From assembly GCA_963707985.1 (NCBI GenBank), contig CAVPRW010000044.1, positions 1-55,638 on the forward strand: a DNA stretch of 55,638 nucleotides, in the 5' to 3' direction. Shown here piece by piece: positions 44,616 through 55,638 of the stretch (position 1 is the first letter of the stretch; every line of letters begins with the position of its first letter). The DNA is from an uncultured Nitrospinota bacterium. GTDB lineage: Bacteria > Tectomicrobia > Entotheonellia > J063 > CAVPRW01. A program made the translations under genes and the position numbers. The notes under the pieces are model-generated. The model was not told the origin of the DNA. It was given only the letters and a program-made list of their open reading frames with translations, and made no database searches.

Positions 44616-47600
44616 CTGAGATTCCAACCTAAGAAGAAGCCTTGATCGACGTTCCACTTTCCTCTAGAGCTGAGAAACGTTCAGGAGCGGGAGGGGGACG
44701 ATGCCACACACACGAGACGAGAGCACAGAAAACCTGGCCGCACGATGGTGTTGGCAGGTCGCCCGCCGTGATGAGGCGCGTGTGGCGCGACGGCTGTACC
44801 GCACGCCAGTGGTCGATGGCGTCTACCGGCTGGACGCAGGGGCGGTGCTGGATGAGTTCTTCCACTTCCTGCAGGCGTGTGGCGTGATGGCAGTGCTGGA
44901 GCAGCGCCGCGGTGCAGCCATTGACCGGGTGATGGGGCCCTTCGTGCAGTATGTGTTGCTTTACGGGCTCAAGACCCTCTTTGGTATGGAGCGCATCAAT
45001 GCCCTGCCGGCGCTGTTGTTGAGTGATGAGGCTGTCATGCGCCTGGTGGGGTGCAATGCCCAGCAGGTCTGCCAACGGGGGAGGACCAAGCGCCAGGGGG
45101 AGCGGACTCCCGGTCCGATGGGTCCAGATACCCTGGCCCACCACATGGTGCCGTGCCACTGGCGCGATCTGGACGCCTTGTTCAACGGGGTGATTCGGGC
45201 CTTGGCCAAGGGTGGGGTCTTTGGCAAGCGGGTGCCTGGTATGGCCGATGGCACCGCTCTGGAGACGACCGAACGCGATCAGGGCTGTGGCCAGGCGACC
45301 CGCAAGCGGCGCCTCAAGGACAAGCGGGGCAAGATGCACGAGATCGAGGTCACGGTCTACGGCTGGCAAGCGCTCCTCCGGATCGAGGCCGTGACGAAGA
45401 TGCCCCTGGCCGTCAACGTGGTGCAGATTCAGGAGCACGAGGCGCTCTGGACCCGCGCCTGGGTGACCCAGGCGCGGGCCAATGTGGCTGGCTAGGCGTG
45501 CCTGTACACGGTCGTCTGTGATCGGGGCTTGTTGGCGGGCACCGACCTGTGGTGGCTGGCGCAGCAGGGGATCCGTGTTGTGGGGCCGGCCAAAGAGCAC
45601 AGGGCCGTGACGGCGGATGCCCGGGCGCTCGCGGCGGCGGGCGAGGGGGGGACGGTCGGCCATCGAGTCCACCTGGGCCGCCATGGGCAAGGCCGCACGG
45701 CGTCTCGCGAGTGGCTGGAACCGGCGGTGGTCGGGATCACGGGGCTGACGACGGATGAGCCGTAGGGGACGGAGGCACACGGGCGTCACCACCATCGGCG
45801 CGACTTCGAGCCCAACCCGATCCATGTGGTCGTAGTCCGCACATGGCAGGGGAGGGACGATGGGCCGGGGGGCAACACGGTGTTCCTGACCAAGGCCTCC
45901 GTGCCGCAGCCCTGGCAGCCGTGTGATGATGATGATGACCGCAGCCTCATGGAGAACTGCTGTAGCAAGGAAGCCAAACAGCCGTGGGACTTGCAACATC
46001 CACCGCAGAAAACCGCGCGGGCCGTGCGGGTCCATGTGCCGTTGACCCTGCTGATGTTCGCCCTGGCGACCGCGTACCGGCTGCCGCGTGAACGGGAAGC
46101 CCTGGGAGCGGAATCGGTGGGCTGGCAGCGCTGGCGACGCCAGCTCCAGGAGCAAAACCGGGACCAGCTGATCGTGTGTGCCCGAGGGTATGACGGCATC
46201 TTTCCTGTGGCGGAGTACTCTCTGCTCTTGGGGGTCAAGCTTAAGGATGTGCCCCATAGGCGCCCGGATAAACGTGGGTTCCCCTTGATAGCACAGCGTT
46301 ATGCCGCAATCGGCCTGCCCTCTTGTTGGCGTTTACCGCTGTGATAGAGGACGGCAATCGCCTCGGGAGGCAGCTGTGGTAATTTCCTGCGGCGCGGTCG
46401 TTCTGCTACCACTTTGAGACATGCCCCCCAGGCCTCTTCGTTCCAGAACAACGCGCCGGTGATCATGGGGGCGATCTCATCTTTGAACATCCCCCAGACG
46501 CGCCACCATGTGGCAAGGCGCTCCTGGTCTAACCGACTCCAGGCGTCCCCCAGTGCGCGGCGCATGCGCCGTTCGAGCCTCAAGGCGTAGAGTAATTTCC
46601 CCTGCCGCCACACCTCTGCCAGTGGGCTGTTGGCTGTCGCCCGCAAGGCATCAACGTCGAGCACACTGTTCCAGCGTTGTATGGCTCATTCTATTTGCCA
46701 GCGACAGCGGTACACCCTCATGATCGTCTGGGCCGAGAGCACCGCCGGCGCCAGGGTGGTGAAGACCAACACCCATCCTGCGAGAAAGAGGCTCTCCGCT
46801 TTTGGTGCGCCTTTTGTATGGCGCTGCCGGCATTTGTGCCGGGCCCGCGCCGCTTGCTCCGCGCTTACAACGATAGGCATGCACCCAGCCCCGTATCTTC
46901 TGCTGCCCACCTGTGGACTGTATGACCACCTCCAAGGTCCGGAGTGTCTCCGTTTTCTGTCGCTTTAAGGCGGCGGCTAGAGCGAACGGCTGCTCGGAAG
47001 CATCACACAGGACGACGCGGAAGGGATGAAGCCGAACGAGGACCTCAGCCCCCTGCTTCACCGCTTCACTCAGGCCTTGGGCATGCGCATAGCCGCGATC
47101 TGCCACGGCGACATCGCCAGCACGGAGCGGGAAGTGCTTGCGTGTTTCCCCCGTATGCACATCGCTGACGAGGACCTCGAGAAACTGTCAGGTCCGCAGG
47201 TCCATCGCGATAGGCAAGCGATAGTCAGTCCCGGTGGCCCCCGGAGCTTGCAGACTGCTCGCGTCGATGACCACAAAGCGCAAGCCCGCGGGTAGGGATT
47301 CCCCAGGAGCCATAGGGAGCATCTGTCTTAGCAGGGCTTGGACCCATGGGCCACAGGCACGTAAGCGCTCCGCAACCGCTTGGTCCGTAATGGACTCGTA
47401 CAGGGCTGTGAAGGTCCCGGCCACTGCACGCAAGGGCTTGTCCAAACCGCAATATAACAAGACTAGACGCAAGAGTTGCTCCGGAGTCTTGACCTTCTTG
47501 GGTCTCACAAAGGCTTTGAAGGCACGCGCCATCTGCACTGTCGTTGGTGGGAGGTCGTGCAAAAGTTCCTCAACAAACGTATCTGGAGCTGTCGAGGGTC

Positions 47601-47793
47601 GCTGCATGGAATGTGTCTCCTGTCAACGGGACGGGAACATCTTGACCTCCATGGAGTATGCCCTCATTTGCTTATGACGTACATGCTATCCTGGCGCTTA
47701 TGGGGATGTGCCCCCAGGGATCGGCACCCTGCCAGAAATCCTGGCGAGGTATAGGCTCACCGCTCATGGGTGAACCTTATGTTGGAATCTCAG
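44616..47793 (+). mobile_element. IS4-like DDE element A, pseudogenised, with a nested IS
   Basis: IRs CTGAGATTCCAACCTAAG / CTTATGTTGGAATCTCAG; 11-bp TSD GGTTTACGGTA (44605-44615, 47794-47804); transposase 44701-46253 resumes after 47712 and stops at 47773. Confidence 0.88.
46254..47703 (-). mobile_element. IS4-family element nested in element A
   Basis: IRs CCATAGGCGCCCGGATA / TATCCTGGCGCTTATGG; 9-bp TSD GGATGTGCC; VIDAS, ADRGY and YRCRWQIE motifs. Confidence 0.88.
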
Positions 47794-47800
47794 GGTTTAC

Positions 47801-47914
47801 GGTAGTGACTCATTTTCGTCGTCCGTGCCCAAAACGGGGTCCCGACTAGTCGTTGATTTTCCGAGGTTTCGGCGTGCGCGGGAATGATGCTGAATTTCAA
47901 ACTGAGTCACTACC
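47801..47914. mobile_element. 114-bp MITE
   Basis: IRs GGTAGTGACTCATTTT / AAACTGAGTCACTACC; 8-bp TSD TGGTTTAC (44604-44611, 47915-47922) once element A is removed. Confidence 0.8.
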
Positions 47915-47925
47915 TGGTTTACTGA

Positions 47926-49156
47926 CAGGGTCATTTAATTGTCGGTTGGTAGGGGAGGTTGGGGTATGATCTCGCCTTGAGACCCTAAAATAGGAGGTGA
48001 GATCATGGAACCCCAGTGCCGTCCCCTGCGCGATGCCTGACACGAAATTCCTGACCCGCGCCATGCACGTGGTCGGCGGCATCCCTTGGCGGCCATGCTC
48101 GCGCTCATGTGTGTCGCCATGTTGTGTGGGTACCGCAGTTACAGCGCGATGGCCGACTGGGGCCGTGGTTACGGTCAAAAGCTGGCGCGGGCCCTGGGCT
48201 TTACTCGGGACTAGACCCCCTGCGCCGCGACGTTGCACCATGTCCTGCGTCAGCTGGACAGCTCCCTGGTGGAGGCCGCCCTAGGCGCCTGGGCGGCAAG
48301 TGTCCTCACGGCGGTCCCTCCAGCCGCAGGCGAGCTGGAGGCCTTCGCCATCGATGGTAACACCCTCCGTGGCAGTCGCAAACAAGGGGCGCCAGCTGTG
48401 CATCTCCTGTCGGTGCTCAGTCACCGCTTGGGGCTGACCGTGTGGCAGCAGGCTGTCGCGGACAAGACGCACGAGATCCCCGTGCTGGAAGACGTCGTGT
48501 CCGGGCTGCTCCTGGAGGGACGGGTGATCACCGTGGATGCCTTGCTCACGCCACGCGCCATCGCCCAACGAGTGGTGGAAGGCGGTGGGGATGATGTGAT
48601 GCTCGTGAAGGGCAACCAACCCCAGTTGCAGCACGATATCCACCTGGTCTGCCGCGAGTCCCAGCGGGGTGGGGGAGGCCAGCGCCAGCATCGAGACCGT
48701 GGAGAGTGGCCATGGCCGCATGGAGGAACGCCGCCTGACAGCCAGCACCGCTCTGACGGGCTACAGTGCTTGGCCGGGGCTGGCCTAGGTGTTCTCTTTG
48801 GAGCGCCAGCGTGACCAGCAAGAAGTGGGGGGCAGCAGCACCACGAAGGGGGCTACGGGATCACCAGCCTGGGCCCGGACCGGGCTGATCCAGCGTGCTT
48901 GCTGCACGTGGTCCGTGGGCATTGGCAGATCGAGAACCGGGTCCATTGGGTCCGCGATGTGACGTTCGATGCGGATCGCTCCCAAGTACGGTGTAGCAGC
49001 ATTCCCCAGGTCATGGCCGCGTTCCGCAACACCGCCATCGGCCTAATGCACTGGGCCGGGGAGACCAATATCGCGGCTGCCCGTCGCCGTTTTGCCGCCC
49101 AGCCGTCGTTGGCTTTGACCATGATTGGTATCACACTGGAAAATTAAATGGCCCTG
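47926..49156 (+). mobile_element. ISAs1-family element, pseudogenised
   Basis: IRs CAGGGTCATTTAATT / AATTAAATGGCCCTG; 9-bp TSD GTTTACTGA; IPDPR, AIDG.TLRGS, VKGNQP and RGHWQIENRVHWVRDVTF motifs. Confidence 0.92.
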
Positions 49157-49161
49157 GTTTA

Positions 49162-50736
49162 CTGACAATATAACGGTTAGTCTCGTGCTGGGAGCCGGTA
49201 CTTGGCCAAGACCTGTTGGCGGCTACCGATTTCAGGCGGGACATCTTTGAGCTGCACTCCCAACAGTAGCGAGTATTCGACGAGGGGAAAGATGCCATAG
49301 TAGCCTTGGGCAAATACAATCACCTTGTCCCGGTTCTGCTCCAGGAGCTGGCGCCGCCAGCGTTGCCAGCCTATAGGCTCCCCGCCGCTCGCCTGCTGCT
49401 TACACGGCAGCCGATAGGCCGTGGCCAGAGCGAACATCAGCAGGGTCAACGGCACATGCTCTCGTACGGCTCGCTCCTTTTTCTGCGGCGGATGGCCCAG
49501 GTCCCACTGTGGCTTGGCTTCTTTGATACAGCAGTTCTCAATCAGACTGCGGTCATCATAAGCATCAAAGGGCTGCAGAGGCTGCTCCACCGGGACATTG
49601 GTCAGAAAGACGGTTTTCCCCCCAGCCCATAGTCCTTGCCCTGCCATTGACGCACCACCACGGCATTGATGGGGTTGCCCTGGAAGTCACGCCGGTTGGC
49701 CTGGTGCGTATGCTCCGGGGTGCCATATTGGTCATAGGTCGTCAGGCCTGTGATCCCTACCACCTCGGTTTCCAGCTGCTCGCTCCAGGCTTCTTTGCCT
49801 TGGCCATGGCGGACGATGTGCACGCGGCGGCCGACCGTCAGCTCTTCCCCCGCCGCCGCTTGGGCGCGGGCATCGGCCGTCACCGCCATGTTCGTTTTGG
49901 CCGGCACCACAAAGCGGATATCTTGCTGGTCCAGCCACCACAGTGTGCTGCCATCCAAAAAGCCCTGATCAAAGACGACCTTGGCCAGGCGCGCGTCGCC
50001 CGCCAGATGCATCCGCGCTTGGGTGACCAAGGCCCGGGTCCACAGCGCCTCATGCTCCTGGATCTGTCCGACCTTGACCGCCAGAGGAATCTTGGTCAGG
50101 GCATCGATCAGCAGCAGCACTTTCCAGCCGTAAACCGTGACTTCGATGGCGTGCACCTTCCCGCGCGTATCCTCAATGCGCACCGTGCAGGTGACCTGGC
50201 CACACCCTGTGTAGTGCTCCGTCGTTTCCAGGTCGGTGCCATCGGCAATGCCCGTGATCGTCGCCCCAAAGACGCCAGCCGCGGCCAAGGCCAGAATGGC
50301 CCCATTGAACACCATCTCCAGATCCCGCAGGTTCCACTTCACGATGGTCATGGCCAAGGTATCCGGGCAAATCGGCCCGGGGGCTCGCTCGCCTTGCCGT
50401 GTGGTCGCCCCGCGTTTGACACACGCCATGGCGGACCTGCGGCGCATTGAAGCCCACCAGCCGGTACACACGGTCGATCACCTGCTTGCGACGCAAGCGC
50501 CGGGCCACCCGCGAGTCATTTCTGCTGGCCACTTCCCAACACCACCGCTCGGCCAGATTCGGTGTGGTCTCGTCCCGTGTTTGTCCCATGGTTCGCCTCC
50601 CGCTGCAGAATGCCTTTCAGTCATAGCGGAAAGTGGACCCCAGATCAAGGCCGTGGCTTCCCTGGAAGATAGGCCTGACCATTTTCATGCCTCTTGGTGC
50701 CCCCGCCGGGGCCTGATGCTTATGTTGGAACCTCAG
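49162..50736 (-). mobile_element. IS4-like DDE element B, a paralogue of A, with an internal deletion
   Basis: End CTTATGTTGGAACCTCAG at 50719-50736; ADGTDLETT, YGWK, FDQGF and DDRSLIENCCIKE motifs. Confidence 0.85.
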
Positions 50737-50760
50737 GGTCTACTGAGGGGCTTGCAGGCC

Positions 50761-50881
50761 ACCTAACGGGGGGCGAGCTAAGCTGCACCCTGACTCGCAG
50801 CTGGAGCCCCGCCTGTGGGGCGAGGCCGAAATCAAGAGGGCGCAGCGCAGCGAGGGATGTCAGCTTCAGCGAGGGTTACGC
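50761..50881 (-). other. attC site (minus strand)
   Basis: Minus strand reads GCGTAAC-CCTCGCTGAAGCTGAC...GCAGCTTAGCTCGCCCCCC-GTTAGGT. Confidence 0.75.
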
Positions 50882-50968
50882 GGCGCACTGCGCACCGCGT
50901 AACTATTCCTTAGACGGCTGACCACGGTTTCTCCTATTAGCGACTTAGTTCCATAGGCAGACGCTAGT

Positions 50969-52228
50969 TGTGATGGTCAAGTAAAAACGGACACTGAGTT
51001 AAGACACCCTGGCCAACATCTCGAAGTCATTGGGACTGACATACCCCAAATATGAATGTAACCGCTTGCTGTTATAGAACATCTCGATGTAGTCAATGAC
51101 ATCATCCCGTGCTTCCCGGCGGGTGGCATAGTGACGGAGCGAGGTGCGCTCACCCTTGAGGCTGCCAAAGAATCGCTCGGCGACCGCATTGTCCAGGCAC
51201 TCGCCCTGCTCACTCATGCGACAGACGATCCCCTGGTTGGCCAACTGAGCTTGATAGGCGTGGCTGGCGTATTGACTGCCGCGGTCTGAATGATGCCTTA
51301 ACCCCGCAGCAGGAGCGCGACGTCCGAGCGCCATCTGCAAGGCATCCTGCACCAAGGTGGTCTCCATATGAGGGTCTATCGCCCAGCCTACGACTTTGCG
51401 CGAAGACAAGTCCACCAGCACCGCCAGATACAGCCAGCCCTCAGCCGTCCCTATGTAGGTGATATCGCCGGCCCACACGTGATCGGGAGCCGTCACGTCA
51501 AACTGACGCGCCAGCAGATTCGGTGCGACCGCATCGTGATGTCGGCTGTCTGTGGTCATGGGACCTCGTCGCCTGGGACGTTGCACCGCCACCCCCGCCT
51601 TGTGCATCACCCGCCGCGCCTTCGCGCGGCCCACGTGAAAGCCGTCATCCTGGAGTTGTTGGGCCAGGCGACGACTCCCATAACTGTGACGCGTTTCCGC
51701 GGCCATCGCGTTGACACGGGTGCATAAGGCGACTGCCTCAGCATGGACTGACGCCTGGGCGTGTCGCTGCAGGTACGCATACAAGCCACTGCGACTCACG
51801 TCGAGCACTTCGCACAGGACCGAAACCGGCCAGATGGCCTGGGGCTCGGCCATCAAGGCATACCTCAATTCGACCCGCTGGCAACGTCACCCAAGGCTTT
51901 TTTTAACATGTCACGCTCCATCCGAAGCCGCTTATGGTCCTCGCGTCACCGCTGGAATTCTTCTTGGTCGGGCGACACGCGACCGTTCCCAGGAAAGGCT
52001 GCGCTTGGTCGCGCTTCAACCTCACGTGTCCAACGACCCAGCATATGGGCATTGATCCCCAGATTGCGGGCCGTTTCGGACACCCCGTAGCCATGCTCGG
52101 TCACCAGCCGGACCGCCTCTCGCTTGCATTCCTCGCTATAGTTGCGTCGTTTCTCTGTCATGGTGGGACACCTCCTGAGTCTATCGTATCACCCTTATCA
52201 AGGTGTCCGTTTTCATTAAACCACAACA
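50969..52228 (-). mobile_element. IS3-family element copy 2, full length (1260 bp)
   Basis: Both IRs present; 3-bp TSD AGT; orfA has a premature TGA; orfB 50999-51868. Confidence 0.95.
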
Positions 52229-52292
52229 AGTGGCCATATATAGAAACTAGCAAGTTCCCCTCTTAGACATTTTGGGAGTGTCTACTATCAGA

Positions 52293-54105
52293 CTCACGGT
52301 TCGCTCATTTTTGTTGAGGGGTTTCCGAAATTGTGGGAGGGTCTCGGGCGCACAGGAGGTGCCCCATGGCCGAGGCCCTGAGCATGGTCAGTGCACGCGT
52401 GGAGGATATGCCTGTCCTGTTGGCCCACCTCCACCGCATGGGGGGCCAGCCCCTGTTGGACGAGCATGTTCCGACGCATGGCCACTGGGTGGGCTTGAGC
52501 CTGGGGTGGGTGAGCGTGGGGTGGGTGACGCATCTCCTCTCCGAAGGTGACCATCGCCTGAACCACGTGACCCCCTGGGCCACACCGCGGCTCCACACGT
52601 TGCAGGCGTGCACCGGGCAGGCGGTGGACCCGTTGGACGTCAGCGACGACCGCTTGGCCACGGTGCTGGAGGTCTTGAGTGAGGAGACGCCTTGGCGGGC
52701 CTGCGAGGGGGCCCTCAATCAACACACGCGGCGCGTGTCTGATCTGCCGCCGGCCTGCGTACGCTTGGATCGTACCACCGCCAACGGCCACTGGAGCGTG
52801 ACGGAAGACGGGTTGTGTCAGTGTGGCCATCGCAAAGACCATCGCCCCGACCTGCCCCAGGTCAAGATCATGGTGTCGGCGCTGGAGCCCCTGGGCCTGC
52901 CGGTGGCGACCGACATCGTGCCAGGGCAACGGGCCGATGCCCCCTGGTACAGCCCCGCCATCGCCCGCGTCCGGGAGGGGCTGGGACGGCGTGGGCTGCT
53001 GTATGTGGGCGACGGTCAGATGGGCGCCGTGGAGACGCGGGCGTCTATCCACGCCGGAGGCGATGATGACTTGTGCCCCTTGTCGGAGCGCCACCTGCCG
53101 CCCGCGGTCTTGGCCGACTCTTGGGCGCCGGTGTGGGCGGAGGAACAGGCCTGGACCGTGATGCACCGCGCCCAGCCCGGGGGCCAAGCCAAGCTGATCG
53201 CGGAGGGCTTTGAGCGGCGGGAATCCGTGACCGCCGCGATGGTCGGGCAGCGGTACAACTGGCAGGCACGGCGCTGGGTCATGCGGTCGTGCCAGTTGGC
53301 CCAAGCGGCGGCGCGGGAGCGGCACGGCCGGCTGGCCAAGGCCCAGGCGGAAATCACGGCGCTGCAGACGCGCGGACGGGGCCGGCGCCGCTGGACCGAG
53401 CCGAGTGCTCGGCGGGAAGCGGTCGAGGCCATTCTGGCCCATGAGCGGGTGTCCGGCCTGCTGGCGGTCCGGTATCGCGCACCATGGTGGGAGCACCCCG
53501 GACGCCGCGACGGCGGCCGGGACGCCACCGTGCGGCTGGAGTGGGACGTCAAGGTCACCGTCAGGGTCGACCAGGCCGCCGTCGCAGCCGTCGTGCGCCA
53601 ACTGGGCTGGCGGGTCGATGTCACCACCCACCCTCCGGCACAGCTCTCCCTGCCAGAGGCCGTCCTGGCATACCGCCACGAGTCCTGGGTCGAGCGAGCG
53701 ATGGGCCGCCTGAACGGCCGGCCCCTGTCGCTGCCCCCGATGTCTCTGGAGCGGGAGGACCATGCGACCGGGTTGATCCGGCTGTGGTCCCTCGGCTGGC
53801 GGGTGCTGACGCGGCTGGAGTTTGAGGTCCGCCGGCACTTGGCTGCGGCCCAGACCACGCTGGCTGGGTTGTCTGTCGGCAATCCCCAGCGGGCCACCAT
53901 GCACCCGACCGCAGCACGTCTCCTGGAGGCATTTCACGGCCTGACGCTGACCATCATCCGCGCAGGCCGTCGCTGCAGACGTCATCTCACGCCCCTCGCG
54001 CACGTGCAACAGCGCATCCTCGAGCGCCTCGATTTCCCTGTCACCATCTCTACGAAGCTTTGTCCCAATGCTCACAAACCGCCTTAAAAATGAGCGAACC
54101 GTGAG
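52293..54105 (+). mobile_element. IS1634-family element with an open but heavily substituted transposase
   Basis: Perfect 20-bp IRs CTCACGGTTCGCTCATTTTT / AAAAATGAGCGAACCGTGAG; RLD.TT, GH.KDHRPDLPQVK and LYVGD motifs. Confidence 0.9.
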
Positions 54106-54290
54106 CTGTGAGCTTCGCAAAGCTGGAGGCTCGCCAGTATGCCGATCAGTCCCAGGCCCCTTTCTCCATGGCACGTCTCAAGCGACGGTAGTTCAATCAA
54201 CATCTCGTCGACCGAATTTTAGACCATTGAGCCACTGAGGGCAGATGAGAAAAATTCAGTTCCGTCTACAATACCTTCGCCAAAAATGGC
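54106..54290 (+). pseudogene. C-terminal scrap of a transposase
   Basis: FAKLEAR..PFSMARLKRR*FNQHLVDRI. Confidence 0.4.
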
Positions 54291-54398
54291 GATGAGAGAG
54301 GATGGCTGAGCACCATGTAGAAATGGAGATGAGTCGAGCGGCAGCCCCGTGTAGAATATGGATTCCCCAACCCAACGCTACACGAGGAGCCACCGCCC

Positions 54399-55638
54399 AT
54401 GCCGGATATGATCGCCGTTTTAGCTTGTTTAAGCCAGGGTCTCGATCCTACCACACGGCGCCAACGCCGTCGGATCACGGAAGCGCTGATGTCGATGACC
54501 GGACGCGTGACGATGCGGGGCATGGCACGCTGGGCTGGCCCAGGTGGGAGTGACCGGACGGTACAGCGATGTTGCCAGACCAGTCTCAGTTGGGGCAGGC
54601 GGCAATGGATGGTGATTCGTCACCATCTGTTGGATCAAGACGATGTGCTCGTGATGGCCGGTGACGACGTGGTCGTGACGAACGCGGGCCAGCAGACCCA
54701 TGGCTGAGGCCGGTTGTTTTCCTCCCTGTCTGGGAAACAAGTCCCCGGCCTGGGGTGTCTGAGTGTATCCTTGCTGAGTGTCAAACGCCGCACCTCGTAC
54801 CCGGTCATGATGGAACAACTGGCGCCGCCGCCTCCCGAGACCCCTCAAGAGGGCGCCAAGCCAAAGTCCGAGGGGAAACGGGGGCGCCCCCCAGGGAGCA
54901 AAAATCAGCCTCGGCGCGAGGTGGTGTGGAGTCCCTCTCGGCGTTTTGTCCAAGAGACGATCAAGCGCGTACTGGAGGTGGTCGGCGATCGCTTACAGGG
55001 GATCTCCTTTGTCTGTGATGGGGCCTTTGGCCATCACGATGCCCTGCAAAGGGTCCGACAAGTCGGTTGACATGTGATTGCCAAACGGCGTTATGATGCT
55101 GCGCTCTATTGCCCCTATGATGGCCCGTATGCAGGACGTGGGAAGCGTAAACAGGATGGGAGAAAGCTCGATGATCACCATATTGATGCGAAGCATCTGC
55201 AAGCATCTTCTGTTGAAAAAGATATCGAGACGAAGATCTAGCAGATGGCATTATGGCATAAGACATTTGCCGATTTACTCAATGTTGTGGTGATGGTGAA
55301 AATCAATCTCACAACACAAGCGGTGGCTCATATTGTCTTAGTCAGTAGCGATTTGGAGCTTTCGTATGATCACCTGATTGACGATGATCGTTTGCGTTTC
55401 CAGTTGGAGTTCAATTTTCGTGATGTCAAACAATATGGGGGCTTGGAAGATTTCATGACCGTCAAACAGACACCAGGTTACAACAGTGCCAATCTCGCCA
55501 TGTTCATGGTGAATGTCTCCCACGCCGTGATACGTCCCATGCGAATGCAGTGGCCGGAGTGCCGTGTGAACGACCTGAAAGCCTGGTTCCGGAGCCGGAA
55601 GTATGTGGTAGAAACCTTCCAATTGCTTCCGGAAATCA
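54399..55638 (+). pseudogene. IS4/IS701-like DDE transposase pseudogene, runs off the window edge
   Basis: AL.SMTGRVTMRG.ARW..GGS.RTVQR; AGDDVVVT; DGAFGH; LRFQLEFNFRDVKQYGGLEDF; in-frame stops. Confidence 0.8.

Noticed and set aside
26038..52228. Diversity-generating retroelement as the cause of A-biased differences between repeats
   Set aside because: No reverse transcriptase or TR/VR pair. The changes are specifically A->C and T->G spread over kilobases of IS sequence, not A->N in a short variable region.
1..55638. tRNA, rRNA or integron integrase genes
   Set aside because: None recognised by manual reading; tRNAscan-SE, Infernal and IntegronFinder runs would be needed to exclude them formally.

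Overview
A mosaic window in four parts. (1) 1-7708, minus strand: a hydC-HATPase-hydD-hydB::gltD-hydA(nuoG-like)-hoxY-hoxH operon. It is a HydABC-type NAD(P)-linked [NiFe]-hydrogenase whose NuoF-like subunit carries a complete GltD/NfnB-type FAD/NADPH module. It has many single-base frameshifts and is followed by a STAND ATPase-TPR-TM-HEAT gene. (2) About 11.4-21.8 kb: an integrase-less, integron-like cassette region with 5-6 attC-like sites, carrying hicAB, RelA/SpoT-HEPN, NUDIX, flavin monooxygenase, GGCT, pip, a GNAT remnant and a HAD gene. (3) About 31.1-37.3 kb: a lower-GC flagellar regulatory remnant (sigma54 site, flhG remnant, fliA, sigma28 site, flgM, REC-GAF-HD-GYP) with no structural flagellar genes. 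(4) 22-31 kb and 37.6-55.6 kb: a dense set of decayed IS elements (IS630, IS3, IS4-like, IS110, IS701, ISAs1, IS1634) and two MITEs, with nested insertions that can be resolved from their target duplications. The most striking signal is that the IS copies and some unselected genes are degraded almost entirely by A:T->C:G transversions (12 of 14 differences between the two IS3 copies, all in one direction). That points to either a MutT-type mutator or a repeat-targeted mutagenesis process. All calls are from manual motif reading; no searches were run.
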